Source of the DNA: a virus
Taxonomy: Duplodnaviria; Caudoviricetes
Length of the DNA stretch: 64,000 nt
IMG/VR virus record: IMGVR_UViG_3300033066_001351
Coordinates: 30,568-94,567 of that record
Reading direction: 5' to 3' (one strand)
The notes under the pieces are model-generated. The model searched no databases and was not told the origin of the DNA. It worked only from the letters and a program-made list of their open reading frames with translations. Positions within the stretch are counted from its first letter, which is position 1, and each line of letters starts with the position of its first letter. Of the stretch, positions 37,957-46,587 are shown piece after piece. A program made the position numbers and the translations under genes.

Positions 37957-38204
37957 ATGATTTTGAAAAAGCGCAAGCCACACTGGCGGAAGCGTGCGAA
38001 CTTCGTGACGGTCTCAACAGGAAAATCAACGAAATAGAAAAATTTATCGCCGATGTGTGTCCACATACGGAATCATACTCTGAAGACGTAAGACATCAAG
38101 GGTCCTACTACAATAGAACAACTACTGTGCGTTATACGTACTGTAAAGTGTGTGGTGTGAAAACTGCACCTGATAAAACAGTCTACGTGGGGAACTACGA
38201 CTGA
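37953..38204 (+). CDS. Small Zn-ribbon protein
   Basis: CPH...CKVCG; AT-rich DNA. Confidence 0.55.
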   Translation: MNDFEKAQATLAEACELRDGLNRKINEIEKFIADVCPHTESYSEDVRHQGSYYNRTTTVRYTYCKVCGVKTAPDKTVYVGNYD

Positions 38205-38779
38205 TGAATTGGCAAGATCGTATAGACGCATATACCGCCGCGACAAAATATCCACGCAGCATGTTTGTCTGTGAAGATGGTCGCGTCGTTGGCACCTGGA
38301 TCATGGGAAATGATTATCGCGTGCAGTCAACCTATTACGGCGGGTATCCTGCCGGGTATCTTCGTCGCGTGAAGGCTCTTTTTCCAGACAAGAAAAAGGT
38401 GCTGCACTTGTTCAGCGGCATGGTCGATACGTCGGTGTTTCCGGGCGATACCGTAGACATAAACGCGGACTTGAACCCGACGTATCTTGACGACGCACAA
38501 ACTCTTGAGCACGTGCCGTTGGAACAGTATGACCTGGTTCTCGCCGATCCTCCTTACAGCGTGGAAGATGCGGAGCACTACAAGACAACCATGGTTAAGC
38601 GTAACACGGTAATGCGAGCGTTGCAGCGTTTGCCCGACGGCGCGCATGTCGTATGGTTGGATCAAGTGCTGCCTATGTATCGCAAGGACGCGTTCGCACT
38701 AGACGCCGTTATCGGCATGGTGAAATCAACCAATCATAGATTCCGTGTAGTCACTGTGTTCCGAAAGCATACGCCATGA
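38204..38779 (+). CDS. Small amino-methyltransferase (DPPY) with no obvious target-recognition domain
   Basis: Motif I VLHLFSG, TVDIN, DDAQ; motif IV YDLVLADPPY. Confidence 0.75.
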   Translation: MNWQDRIDAYTAATKYPRSMFVCEDGRVVGTWIMGNDYRVQSTYYGGYPAGYLRRVKALFPDKKKVLHLFSGMVDTSVFPGDTVDINADLNPTYLDDAQTLEHVPLEQYDLVLADPPYSVEDAEHYKTTMVKRNTVMRALQRLPDGAHVVWLDQVLPMYRKDAFALDAVIGMVKSTNHRFRVVTVFRKHTP

Positions 38780-39651
38780 CAATCAAAGCCTCCATGATTT
38801 TGCGGTCCAAAGGACCGTATCACCCAACCGTAAAGACAATGTCGGCGCGGTATCCGCGGATCATCCATGCGGAGCACCTACGGCATCGTGCTTTCTCGTT
38901 CTCGGTATCGTCCAGCCGCGCTATTTCGGTTGAGTCTATGATCAGCGACGTGGAAGCAGATCCGTTCATCCCGCTCATCTGGCGTAGTGCCAAGAAGGGG
39001 ATGGTCGCGGGGGTCGAGCTTCACGGCGCCGATCTGATCGCCGTACGTGATTCCTATATGCGGTCCCTTGAGAATGCCTTGCGCGAAGCCCGTGTCATGG
39101 CGTCGCACAACGCCGCCAAGGAAGTAGTCAACCGTATTCTGGAACCCTACGGCCACGTCAACCTGATTATGACGGGCACTGACTGGGCCAACTTCTACGC
39201 GCTACGGCGACACGAAGCCGCCGAGCCGCACATGCAAATCCTCGCCAACGCCGTTTACGACGCCGATTGGGAGAGCCGTTACCAGACGCAGGAATTGGAG
39301 TTTGGAGAGTGGCATCTGCCGTTGGTGATGGACGGTGAAAGGCATATGCCGTGTTCTTTGCCGTATGAAGAACGGGACTACAACCTGCGTCTCATCAGCG
39401 CGGCGCGGTGTGCCGGCGGCAGTTACCTGCTGAACGGCACCCGTCGGAAATCGTTGGAATCTGATATCGCCCTCGGCCAATGGCTTGTGAACAGCAACCC
39501 GGTTCATGCGTCGCCGATGGAACACGTCGTCTCGCCGGATAAGAAGACTCTTCTGTCCTCGTGGAAAAACCCGAAGTTGCACGGCAATTTGCGCGGCTAC
39601 ATCCAGTTCCGTAAAACCATCCCCAACGATTTTGTGAAAGACGCCGAATGA
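38776..39651 (+). CDS. thyX: Flavin-dependent thymidylate synthase
   Basis: AEHLRHRAFSFSVSSSRA (RHRx7-8S motif), NRILEP, HASPMEH. Confidence 0.9.
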   Translation: MTIKASMILRSKGPYHPTVKTMSARYPRIIHAEHLRHRAFSFSVSSSRAISVESMISDVEADPFIPLIWRSAKKGMVAGVELHGADLIAVRDSYMRSLENALREARVMASHNAAKEVVNRILEPYGHVNLIMTGTDWANFYALRRHEAAEPHMQILANAVYDADWESRYQTQELEFGEWHLPLVMDGERHMPCSLPYEERDYNLRLISAARCAGGSYLLNGTRRKSLESDIALGQWLVNSNPVHASPMEHVVSPDKKTLLSSWKNPKLHGNLRGYIQFRKTIPNDFVKDAE

Positions 39652-40229
39652 AATTCGTCCTGCTGAACGGGCCGCCGCGGTCCGGCAAGTCAACCCTGGC
39701 ACACATGCTGAAGGACCACATAGGCCCGGACCGATGCGCCGTTATCGGGTTCTCAACCCACCTGAAGCGCATGGTTCACGGCATCTATGGCCTGGCGCCC
39801 GATCTGGATCCAGAGTTCTTCGACGCCGTGAAGGGTGAGCCACAAGAAACCTTTCTCGGCCTGACGCCGCGGCAGGCGTATATTTGGTGGTCCGAGAACG
39901 GCGCCAAGAAGTGTCACGACAAGCGCTTCTTTGGACAGATGTTCCTCCGCGCCGCCGAGGCGTCCGGCAAGGAGTTCATCATGGTTCCCGATAGCGGGTT
40001 CCGCGAGGAGGCCGAAGTCGTCGTGGATGCGGTCGGGCCGGAAAACGTCTTGCTCGTTCAGTTGACGCGGGCCAACACGTCATTTGACGGCGACAGCCGC
40101 AGTTATATTGACCTGCGGGATTTGGGCGTCCTGCTATGGCATTCCCTCAACCCAAAGGACCAGCAAGACCTGATGTTGGAGTTCACTTTGCGTGGTATAG
40201 ACGCCGCTTTTGGAAATAAATTCCTATGA
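39648..40229 (+). CDS. Deoxynucleoside monophosphate kinase
   Basis: NGPPRSGKST P-loop, TPRQAYI, PDSGFREE, FDGDSR. Confidence 0.8.
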   Translation: MKFVLLNGPPRSGKSTLAHMLKDHIGPDRCAVIGFSTHLKRMVHGIYGLAPDLDPEFFDAVKGEPQETFLGLTPRQAYIWWSENGAKKCHDKRFFGQMFLRAAEASGKEFIMVPDSGFREEAEVVVDAVGPENVLLVQLTRANTSFDGDSRSYIDLRDLGVLLWHSLNPKDQQDLMLEFTLRGIDAAFGNKFL

Positions 40230-40435
40230 GCGACCAAACATCCGACGACTTTGAGTTCATCAAACGGCGTCTTGAGAGCCTGGAAAACGATGATGATCCG
40301 GCGCTGGACCCCGATGACGAACCCTGTCCGGTATGCGAAGGCGTCGGATGGGAGTTCTTCGGGACCCGCCACGGCGTCGAGATATACCGGGAATGTTCGT
40401 GCTGTTTGAACCCTGAGAGATTGGAAAGCCCGTAA
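40226..40435 (+). CDS. Small Zn-finger protein
   Basis: CPVCEG...ECSCC. Confidence 0.5.
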   Translation: MSDQTSDDFEFIKRRLESLENDDDPALDPDDEPCPVCEGVGWEFFGTRHGVEIYRECSCCLNPERLESP

Positions 40436-40459
40436 CGTAAAACGAAGGAGCACACAAGT

Positions 40460-40897
40460 ATGAGACTGACCCTCGGTAACACGACCCTGAACCCTGAGAA
40501 GCGCACCATCACCGTCAACGGCAAGGTCTATCACCTCGCTAATCAAGAGTTCACCCTGCTGCACCGGCTATGCGAGACGCCGAACGCTTTGGTGAATAAG
40601 GACGTCCTCATGGAAGCGATGGGGTCGCCGAACGTCAAGGCGTTCACCGTGGTAGGCGGCAAGGTCCGCCGGCTGCTGGAAGAAGTGAAGTCCGATCTCA
40701 CGATTGAGACGAAGAAAGTGTACGACATCCCCCAAGCCGCGATGTCCGGCTACATACTCCATACGCCGGACGTTCGGACGATCACCGAAGTCTATACCGC
40801 CAACCAGCACGCCGCCTTGCTGCGGTGCATCGGTCTGGCGAAAGAAACAGACCCGCGCCTAGCGGCGCTGGCACTAGGTCAGGATGTGGGGCCATGA
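40460..40897 (+). CDS. OmpR/PhoB-type winged-helix effector domain without receiver domain
   Basis: LTLGNTTLNPEKRTITVNGKVYHLANQEFTLLHRL...VNKDVLM; AAGGAG RBS. Confidence 0.7.
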   Translation: MRLTLGNTTLNPEKRTITVNGKVYHLANQEFTLLHRLCETPNALVNKDVLMEAMGSPNVKAFTVVGGKVRRLLEEVKSDLTIETKKVYDIPQAAMSGYILHTPDVRTITEVYTANQHAALLRCIGLAKETDPRLAALALGQDVGP

Positions 40898-41406
40898 GCA
40901 ACTACGAATTTCTGTCCGACGCCGACAGGGCGTTTTTGGATCGCGTTCAAACCACGCACGGTTTGCAGGTACGGGCTTTCCTGTTTGAGAGCCTGATGAT
41001 CGAAGGCATCAAAGACGCACCCACCAACGAAGAACTGGACGCCACACTCAAGTTCCTTGACGGCCCTATGTCGGTCCAAGCCGTGATCGATCTGCAGAAG
41101 GTCTACACACCGAACAAGCCGTTGCGCCTGAAGCCTGGTATGGACGTGTGGGTCGGTAGCAGCATCCCGCCGAAGGGTAATGTCCACATGCGGCGTGATC
41201 TGAAGGCGTGCTTGACGATTGACGACCCTTGGCAGTGTCACGTTGAGTTTGAGTTCCTGCACCCGTTCATGGACGGCAACGGTCGCACAGGCCGCGCCGT
41301 GTGGCTTCACAAGATGTTGAAGGCGAAGTTGGATCCGTTCTCGCTGTCCTTCCTGCATCGGTTCTATTACCAGACGCTGGGGCACCTGAGCGAAGGGGGC
41401 AATTGA
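40894..41406 (+). CDS. fic: Fic-domain protein
   Basis: Canonical HPFMDGNGRTGR; N-terminal SLMIEG matches the inhibitory (S/T)xxxE(G/N) motif. Confidence 0.9.
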   Translation: MSNYEFLSDADRAFLDRVQTTHGLQVRAFLFESLMIEGIKDAPTNEELDATLKFLDGPMSVQAVIDLQKVYTPNKPLRLKPGMDVWVGSSIPPKGNVHMRRDLKACLTIDDPWQCHVEFEFLHPFMDGNGRTGRAVWLHKMLKAKLDPFSLSFLHRFYYQTLGHLSEGGN

Positions 41407-42023
41407 TGAGCCTAGCACTCGTATTCGACGTTGAGACGACTGGACTGCCCTTCCGAGGCGTCCCGTCCGATCACCCGTCCCAACCCCATCTGGTAAGCGC
41501 CGCTTACCTATTGGTCGATCTTAACACGCGGCAGGAGGTGGAAACCTACTACGAATTGATCCGTCCCGACGGCTGGAAGATCACGCAAGAGACGACGGAC
41601 ATCCACGGTATTTCGCACATGCGTGCTCTGGCACGCGGCGTCCCCGAGGCGGACGCTATGCGAAAATTCCTGGAAATGCAGGACAAGTGTTCCACAACAG
41701 TCGCACACAACCAAATGTTTGACACATTGTTGCTGCGCATAGCGATGCTGCGCTACGGCGTTACGCGTGAAGAATCCGACGATCGGGTATCCCGGCCCAA
41801 CGCTTGCACAATGCAAATGTCGTCGGGTATTCTGAACCTTCCCCCTACGGAGAGGATGGCATCCAGAGGCATCAAAACCCCCAAACCGCCTAAGTTGACG
41901 GAGTGCGTCCAGTTCATGTTCGGCGAAGAACATGGAGGAGCACACGACGCACTTGAGGACGCACGGGCTTGTGCCCGCGTCTACTTTTGGTTGCTCGACA
42001 ACCACACTGAAAAATTCACCTGA
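41406..42023 (+). CDS. DEDDh 3'-5' exonuclease (DnaQ-like)
   Basis: DVETTG, IHGIS, AHNQMFD, HDALED. Confidence 0.9.
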   Translation: MSLALVFDVETTGLPFRGVPSDHPSQPHLVSAAYLLVDLNTRQEVETYYELIRPDGWKITQETTDIHGISHMRALARGVPEADAMRKFLEMQDKCSTTVAHNQMFDTLLLRIAMLRYGVTREESDDRVSRPNACTMQMSSGILNLPPTERMASRGIKTPKPPKLTECVQFMFGEEHGGAHDALEDARACARVYFWLLDNHTEKFT

Positions 42024-42043
42024 TAGAACAAGATAAAGGATTC

Positions 42044-44290
42044 GTGATGGATTCCGAAGTAGGACATCTGTTGTCTGAGTTCGTGGTGCCGGACGGCATG
42101 CCCAAGAGCGTCTTTGAAAACAAGTACAGCCGACGCAAGGCTGACGGGTCTATGCAGACCTACGCCGAACGGATGCGGGAAGTGGTCCTCGGCAACGCCA
42201 TGATGGATCCGCGGTGGCCTTTCAAGCCGAGTGAAAAGGCGCATCGGGAATGGGTTCGGACGGAAGAACTGGCCGTTGGAGGCGTGATGCCGTTTTCAGG
42301 TCGTCATATCCAACACGGCGATAAAAACCAGCCTGATCACCTCATGGAGATGTACACCAATTGCTCCACATCGGCTTTCAGCTTCATGCTGATGCGCCTG
42401 CTGTTGCGGGGTAGCGGCGTCGGACGGGACTATAGCAGCGCCGCGTGTCGTGTTGATTGGGACAATATGCCCGACGTTCGGCTTGTGCTGGACGAAGCAC
42501 ACCCAGACTACAACAAGGCTGGCGTCTACGGCTGGCTGGAGAGTCTGCGGGACGCGAAGCACAAGTATGATTCGTCGTCGGAGAACACCCGTTGGTTCGT
42601 CGTAGATGATTCTCGCGAGGGTTGGGCCAAGGTCATTGAAATCCTTGAAACCGCTGCCTGGCAAGAGAAACACCGCGACAAACTGTTCATTTTTGACTTC
42701 TCCAAGGTGCGTGAGGAAGGCGCTCCCATCGCCGGCCTGCAAGGCCGTCCCGCAAGCGGACCACTGGCTTTCATGAAGGCTGTATCACAGGTGTACAGCA
42801 TCAAGGGCGCCGGTATGAAGCCGTGGAAGCAGGCGCTGTTCATCGACCACTACATCGCCGCCAGTGTGGCGTGGGGTGGTGCCAGGCGGGCAGCCCGCAT
42901 GGCTGTGAAGGATTGGCGAGACCGCGATATCATTGAGTTCATTGATATCAAACGCGGCGGCTTTCTATGGTCCGCAAACGATTCGCTTTTGGTGGACGCG
43001 GAGTTCTGGGCCGGCGCGCGGGACGTCCGTCACAGTCACGCCCGGCGCGTGTTCGAGGCCGCGGTAAACGCCGCCTACTGGGACTCAACCGGCGAGCCGG
43101 GTTTCATCAACATTGATTTGCTCAACATGAATATGGAGGGTGTTGAGAACATTACAGGCGATACACTTATCAATGAAGGTGTATACACTGATCTTCATGC
43201 AAAAACAAAGACAATGATAACAAACACAATGGAGCACATCAAACAACTTCGTTACCCTTTTTTAACAAATCCGTGCTCGGAGATAGTTTTGAGTACATGG
43301 GGAGGATTTTGCGTCATCGGCGACATCAACCTTTCACGCGTCACATACGTGAAGGAAGCCGAAGACGCCGCCGATCTTATGGCGAAATTCCTGGTACGCG
43401 TTAACCGGATGCAGTCCGAATACGCCGCCGAGGTGAAGCGCACGAACCGCATCGGCGTCAGTCTGACCGGGATCCACGAGTTCGCCTTCAAACTATACAA
43501 TCTCACGTTCCCCGACATGATCTCCTACTATGACGTAATGGATACCGAGGACGCCCATAAGCACAAGGCGCACCTGTTCTGGACCGTCATTGAGCGGCTG
43601 CGGAAAGGTGCGGAGTTCGCCGCGGCAGATATATCCGCCGAGTTCGGCATGGTGACACCGCACACGGTTACGACTATCAAGCCTTCCGGCACCGTGTCCA
43701 AGGTCATGAACTGCACCGAGGGCGCCCATCTGCCGGCGCTGGCCCACTACCTGCGCTGGGTGCAGTTCAAGATCGGGGACCCCGACATTGAAACGCTACA
43801 GGCGTCGGGATACCCACTCAAGGACATCTCGCACCGCTACTCCGGCCACGTCGCCATCGGGTTCCCGACCAAGCAGCCTATCGTTGATCTGATGGGCGAC
43901 AAGGTCGTGACCGCCGATGAGACGACACCGGAGGAGAACTTCAAGTGGTTGTGCCTATTGGAGCGCTTCTGGCTCGGCCCGGACAAGGGGCAGAACAACC
44001 AGGTGAGCTACACGCTCAAATATTCCTCCAAGGACGTGTCCTACACCGATTTCATGGACATGATTCTTGAGTGGCAGCCGAAGGTGCGGTGCTGTTCCGT
44101 CATGCCGTCGTCGGACTGGCAGGAATCGGAGAAGGTCTACGGCTACGTTCCCGAACAACCCATCACGGCGGAAGAATACGAAACCATGATGGCGGCTATC
44201 GTGAAGCCGGTTGAGAAGGAGTCGTATGACGACGAATCATTGATGTGTGCAGGCGGCGCCTGTCCTATTGAGTTTGACATAAACCGTTAA
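42044..44290 (+). CDS. nrdJ: Class II (B12-dependent) ribonucleotide reductase
   Basis: TNC, GSGVG, GEPG, TNPCSE, TTIKPSGT and C-terminal CAGGACP; no beta-subunit gene nearby. Confidence 0.85.
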   Translation: MMDSEVGHLLSEFVVPDGMPKSVFENKYSRRKADGSMQTYAERMREVVLGNAMMDPRWPFKPSEKAHREWVRTEELAVGGVMPFSGRHIQHGDKNQPDHLMEMYTNCSTSAFSFMLMRLLLRGSGVGRDYSSAACRVDWDNMPDVRLVLDEAHPDYNKAGVYGWLESLRDAKHKYDSSSENTRWFVVDDSREGWAKVIEILETAAWQEKHRDKLFIFDFSKVREEGAPIAGLQGRPASGPLAFMKAVSQVYSIKGAGMKPWKQALFIDHYIAASVAWGGARRAARMAVKDWRDRDIIEFIDIKRGGFLWSANDSLLVDAEFWAGARDVRHSHARRVFEAAVNAAYWDSTGEPGFINIDLLNMNMEGVENITGDTLINEGVYTDLHAKTKTMITNTMEHIKQLRYPFLTNPCSEIVLSTWGGFCVIGDINLSRVTYVKEAEDAADLMAKFLVRVNRMQSEYAAEVKRTNRIGVSLTGIHEFAFKLYNLTFPDMISYYDVMDTEDAHKHKAHLFWTVIERLRKGAEFAAADISAEFGMVTPHTVTTIKPSGTVSKVMNCTEGAHLPALAHYLRWVQFKIGDPDIETLQASGYPLKDISHRYSGHVAIGFPTKQPIVDLMGDKVVTADETTPEENFKWLCLLERFWLGPDKGQNNQVSYTLKYSSKDVSYTDFMDMILEWQPKVRCCSVMPSSDWQESEKVYGYVPEQPITAEEYETMMAAIVKPVEKESYDDESLMCAGGACPIEFDINR

Positions 44291-44297
44291 CCAGACC

Positions 44298-44326
44298 AAA
44301 AAGACGGCCCCTTCGGGGGCCGTTTT
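44298..44326 (+). terminator. Intrinsic terminator after nrdJ
   Basis: AAGACGGCCCC-TTCG-GGGGCCGTTTT. Confidence 0.85.
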
Positions 44327-44343
44327 CGCATGGAGCAATCGCT

Positions 44344-44835
44344 ATGCCCGCTGTAGAGACGTATGACATCTACAACACCGATAACCTACGGTTCAACCTG
44401 TTTGCGCTGGACGGCATGGCACGGGCTGTTACGGCCCACGTATCCAACCAGTTCGTGCCCGTCGGATCCCTGCATAGACTGATCGTGGATGCCTACGCGG
44501 CGTTTGAAGCCGTCTATAACCACAATATGTCCGATGAGATGAGCCGGCAGTCCGACGCCGAAGTGGCGCGGTCCCGGTTCGCCGAGGGCGCCACCTACGA
44601 GCACGCGATCTGCATGGAGTGCGGCGGGGCCTACTCGGGTCTCAGCGTGCATGTCGTCGGCACGCATAAGATGACACTATCGCAATATAGGAAGAAGTGG
44701 GGAAACGACGTGGCCCATACGTCTAAGAGCCTGTCCGAACGGCGTCGCGAGGAAGCCTTCCGCCGCGATCTGTTTTCGGAACTGTATAAGAAGCCAGGCA
44801 TCATGACCATGGCGTGGGACAGGAAGACCAAATAG
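44344..44835 (+). CDS. Divergent Ros/MucR-family protein
   Basis: AVTAHVSNQFVPVGSLHRLI..AYAAF; ICMECGGAYSGLSVHV..THKMTLSQYRKKWG. Confidence 0.75.
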   Translation: MPAVETYDIYNTDNLRFNLFALDGMARAVTAHVSNQFVPVGSLHRLIVDAYAAFEAVYNHNMSDEMSRQSDAEVARSRFAEGATYEHAICMECGGAYSGLSVHVVGTHKMTLSQYRKKWGNDVAHTSKSLSERRREEAFRRDLFSELYKKPGIMTMAWDRKTK

Positions 44836-44840
44836 CAAAA

Positions 44841-44871
44841 TGGCCGGAACAGTGCGCAACTGTTCCGGCCA
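44841..44871. terminator. Perfect 13-bp inverted repeat between convergent units
   Basis: TGGCCGGAACAGT-GCGCA-ACTGTTCCGGCCA. Confidence 0.6.
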
Positions 44872-44969
44872 CCTAGTCGCCTGAAAACCAAGCTATAGAC
44901 TGCAAGATTTTCTAAAAACGACCAAAGCCGTAGGGCCTTATACACAAACACCCTTACCGACGCAAGAGG

Positions 44970-45046
44970 TGGTAGTCCCGGCAGGACTCGAACCTGCAAC
45001 CTAGCGGTTATGAGCCGCCGGCTCTGACCAATTGAGCTACAGGACC
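44970..45046 (-). tRNA. tRNA with CAU anticodon, most likely tRNA-Ile2 (lysidine type)
   Basis: GGTCCTGTAGCTCAATTGGTCAGAGCCGGCGGCTCATAACCGCTAGGTTGCAGGTTCGAGTCCTGCCGGGACTACCA folds as a full cloverleaf with encoded CCA. It has C4-G69 and C5-G68 pairs and an Ile2-like anticodon arm. Confidence 0.92.
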
Positions 45047-45056
45047 CAAGACCGGT

Positions 45057-45224
45057 TCAGAAGATTCCGAACCAGATACCGACGCCGTGGACGATCGCGA
45101 TCGGGAACATGATAGCCCCCGCGATCAGAAAGCCCCACTCATGGTGCATCAAACATGATACAACGTGCGTGACCCACGCCGAGAAGAACAGTGCGATAGC
45201 ACCCGCCGTCACAAAACCACCCAT
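45057..45224 (-). CDS. Small two-TM membrane protein
   Basis: AWVTHVVSC...LIAGAIMFPIAIVHGVGIWFG. Confidence 0.55.
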   Translation of the reverse strand: MGGFVTAGAIALFFSAWVTHVVSCLMHHEWGFLIAGAIMFPIAIVHGVGIWFGIF

Positions 45225-45577
45225 CACAACCCCGCTCCATTCAGGTAGCACAAAACCCCGATCCACTTGTTCCAGCACGCGATAGGTTCCCCTGTCGGGT
45301 TCTCCCGCGGTGTCAGCATCTTACCCGGCGGCACATTGACCCAATCATCGATGCCTTGCTGGAAGTCCTTCGCCGGGATGAAGACCTGCAGAGAGCCGTC
45401 GTGGAAGCGCGTCTTGACTGGCCGGCAGTCGGAGATATCGCAGCAACTGATCGATGTGCCTGGTTGCTTGAGCGAGCGGAAGAACGGCGCCAAGGCTGGG
45501 TCCGCATTCTCCGGCGGCGCTGACATCGCCGCCATCGGAACGGCGACCAGCGCGGCGGCGAGTAGAAGCCGGGTCAT
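45224..45577 (-). CDS. Secreted Cys-rich protein
   Basis: Signal peptide MTRLLLAAALVAVPMAAMSA; SCCDISDCRP...NPTG...C..C. Confidence 0.65.
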   Translation of the reverse strand: MTRLLLAAALVAVPMAAMSAPPENADPALAPFFRSLKQPGTSISCCDISDCRPVKTRFHDGSLQVFIPAKDFQQGIDDWVNVPPGKMLTPRENPTGEPIACWNKWIGVLCYLNGAGL

Positions 45578-45978
45578 TCCGGCACCCAGCCGCTATCGAT
45601 CAGGGCGCCGCGGATGTCGGGGGGCTGCCAGCCTTCCGGGGTTAAAAAATTACCCGTGTCGTCGCAGTTAACGCGGTGAGTCAAAGGATCCACCATAAGC
45701 ATGTTGGATGTGTGAAATCGTCGCCATACTTCCGGAAGCGGAATGCCAAATTCCAGCGACGCGCCAATTAGGACGTAGATACTATAGGCAATGCCATCCG
45801 CAACAGAAACCAAATCGCGGCGGTTTATCGCGTCCAGCAGGTCCACACTGATTGTTTCCGTTATGTTAGCAACTACGTGTGTAACCCTTTCATCCGGTGG
45901 GAAGGCCGGCACATGCTTCGTCGGAACGTCAAACGCTCGATGAAACTCCACCACATTATAAAAAGCGTCCGCGATCAT
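45574..45978 (-). CDS. MazG-like (PRA-PH/DR2231-type) NTP pyrophosphohydrolase homologue with degenerate active site
   Basis: VVEFHRAF, DLVSVADG, VW..FHTSNM, PEGWQPPD scaffold. Confidence 0.7.
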   Translation of the reverse strand: MIADAFYNVVEFHRAFDVPTKHVPAFPPDERVTHVVANITETISVDLLDAINRRDLVSVADGIAYSIYVLIGASLEFGIPLPEVWRRFHTSNMLMVDPLTHRVNCDDTGNFLTPEGWQPPDIRGALIDSGWVPE

Positions 45979-46149
45979 TCTGGCTTCTCCAATGTATCCG
46001 GGTTGATCTTCCAGTCTACCACCTCGCCGAAGTCCGGCATGTAGTAGTCCCACTTCCCTTCCTTGGCCTTGGCGATGGCGGCGGGTTTGTTCCGCGCCGT
46101 CACCGTGAACCGGACGCCTTCAAGGGTAGCGCGTCCGGTGAAAGTGTAA

Positions 46150-46587
46150 TCAGGCATTCTTGACCCTCGCCATCAGCCGGAGCATTTCCTTGACGTGTTC
46201 GGCGCCGAACGGAGCCTCGTAATCCAGCAACTTGTTGGCGTCCATGTAGCCGAGCCACAGCATCGCAATCGTGTTGTAGTCAGGTTCACCGTACACAGAG
46301 ATGAAACCCGTCTTTTCGTTCACCGTGATCGACGTGGTTTCAACCGCCGCCTTGTTGATCTTGGGGCGACCGACCTTCTTGCCGGTCGGGTGCGAGGCCG
46401 ACTTGAGCGCGACGCCGTCGGCAGCCTTGCGCTTGGCCTTGGATGCCTTGGAGTTATTGGCGGCCCACCATGCACGCATGGTGTTGTAGGGGATAAAGTG
46501 GCGCTTCGCGACAGCATCTAGGGAATCGCCTCTGCCGATTACGCCCTTCACGTAGGCATAGTCAGGGAACGCGTATGTGTTCTTCAT
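46150..46587 (-). CDS. Basic putative DNA-binding protein with AT-hook-like KKVGRPK
   Basis: HTH-like N-terminus (SLDAVAKRHFIPYNTMRAWW) and a Lys-rich segment. Confidence 0.5.
   Translation of the reverse strand: MKNTYAFPDYAYVKGVIGRGDSLDAVAKRHFIPYNTMRAWWAANNSKASKAKRKAADGVALKSASHPTGKKVGRPKINKAAVETTSITVNEKTGFISVYGEPDYNTIAMLWLGYMDANKLLDYEAPFGAEHVKEMLRLMARVKNA

Noticed and set aside
44631-44999. 122-aa minus-strand ORF
   Set aside because: It starts inside the tRNA and runs antisense to the MucR-like gene.
44970-45046. tRNA as an attP/attB site indicating a prophage boundary
   Set aside because: Phage-like genes flank both sides, and no integrase or duplicated tRNA 3' end was seen.
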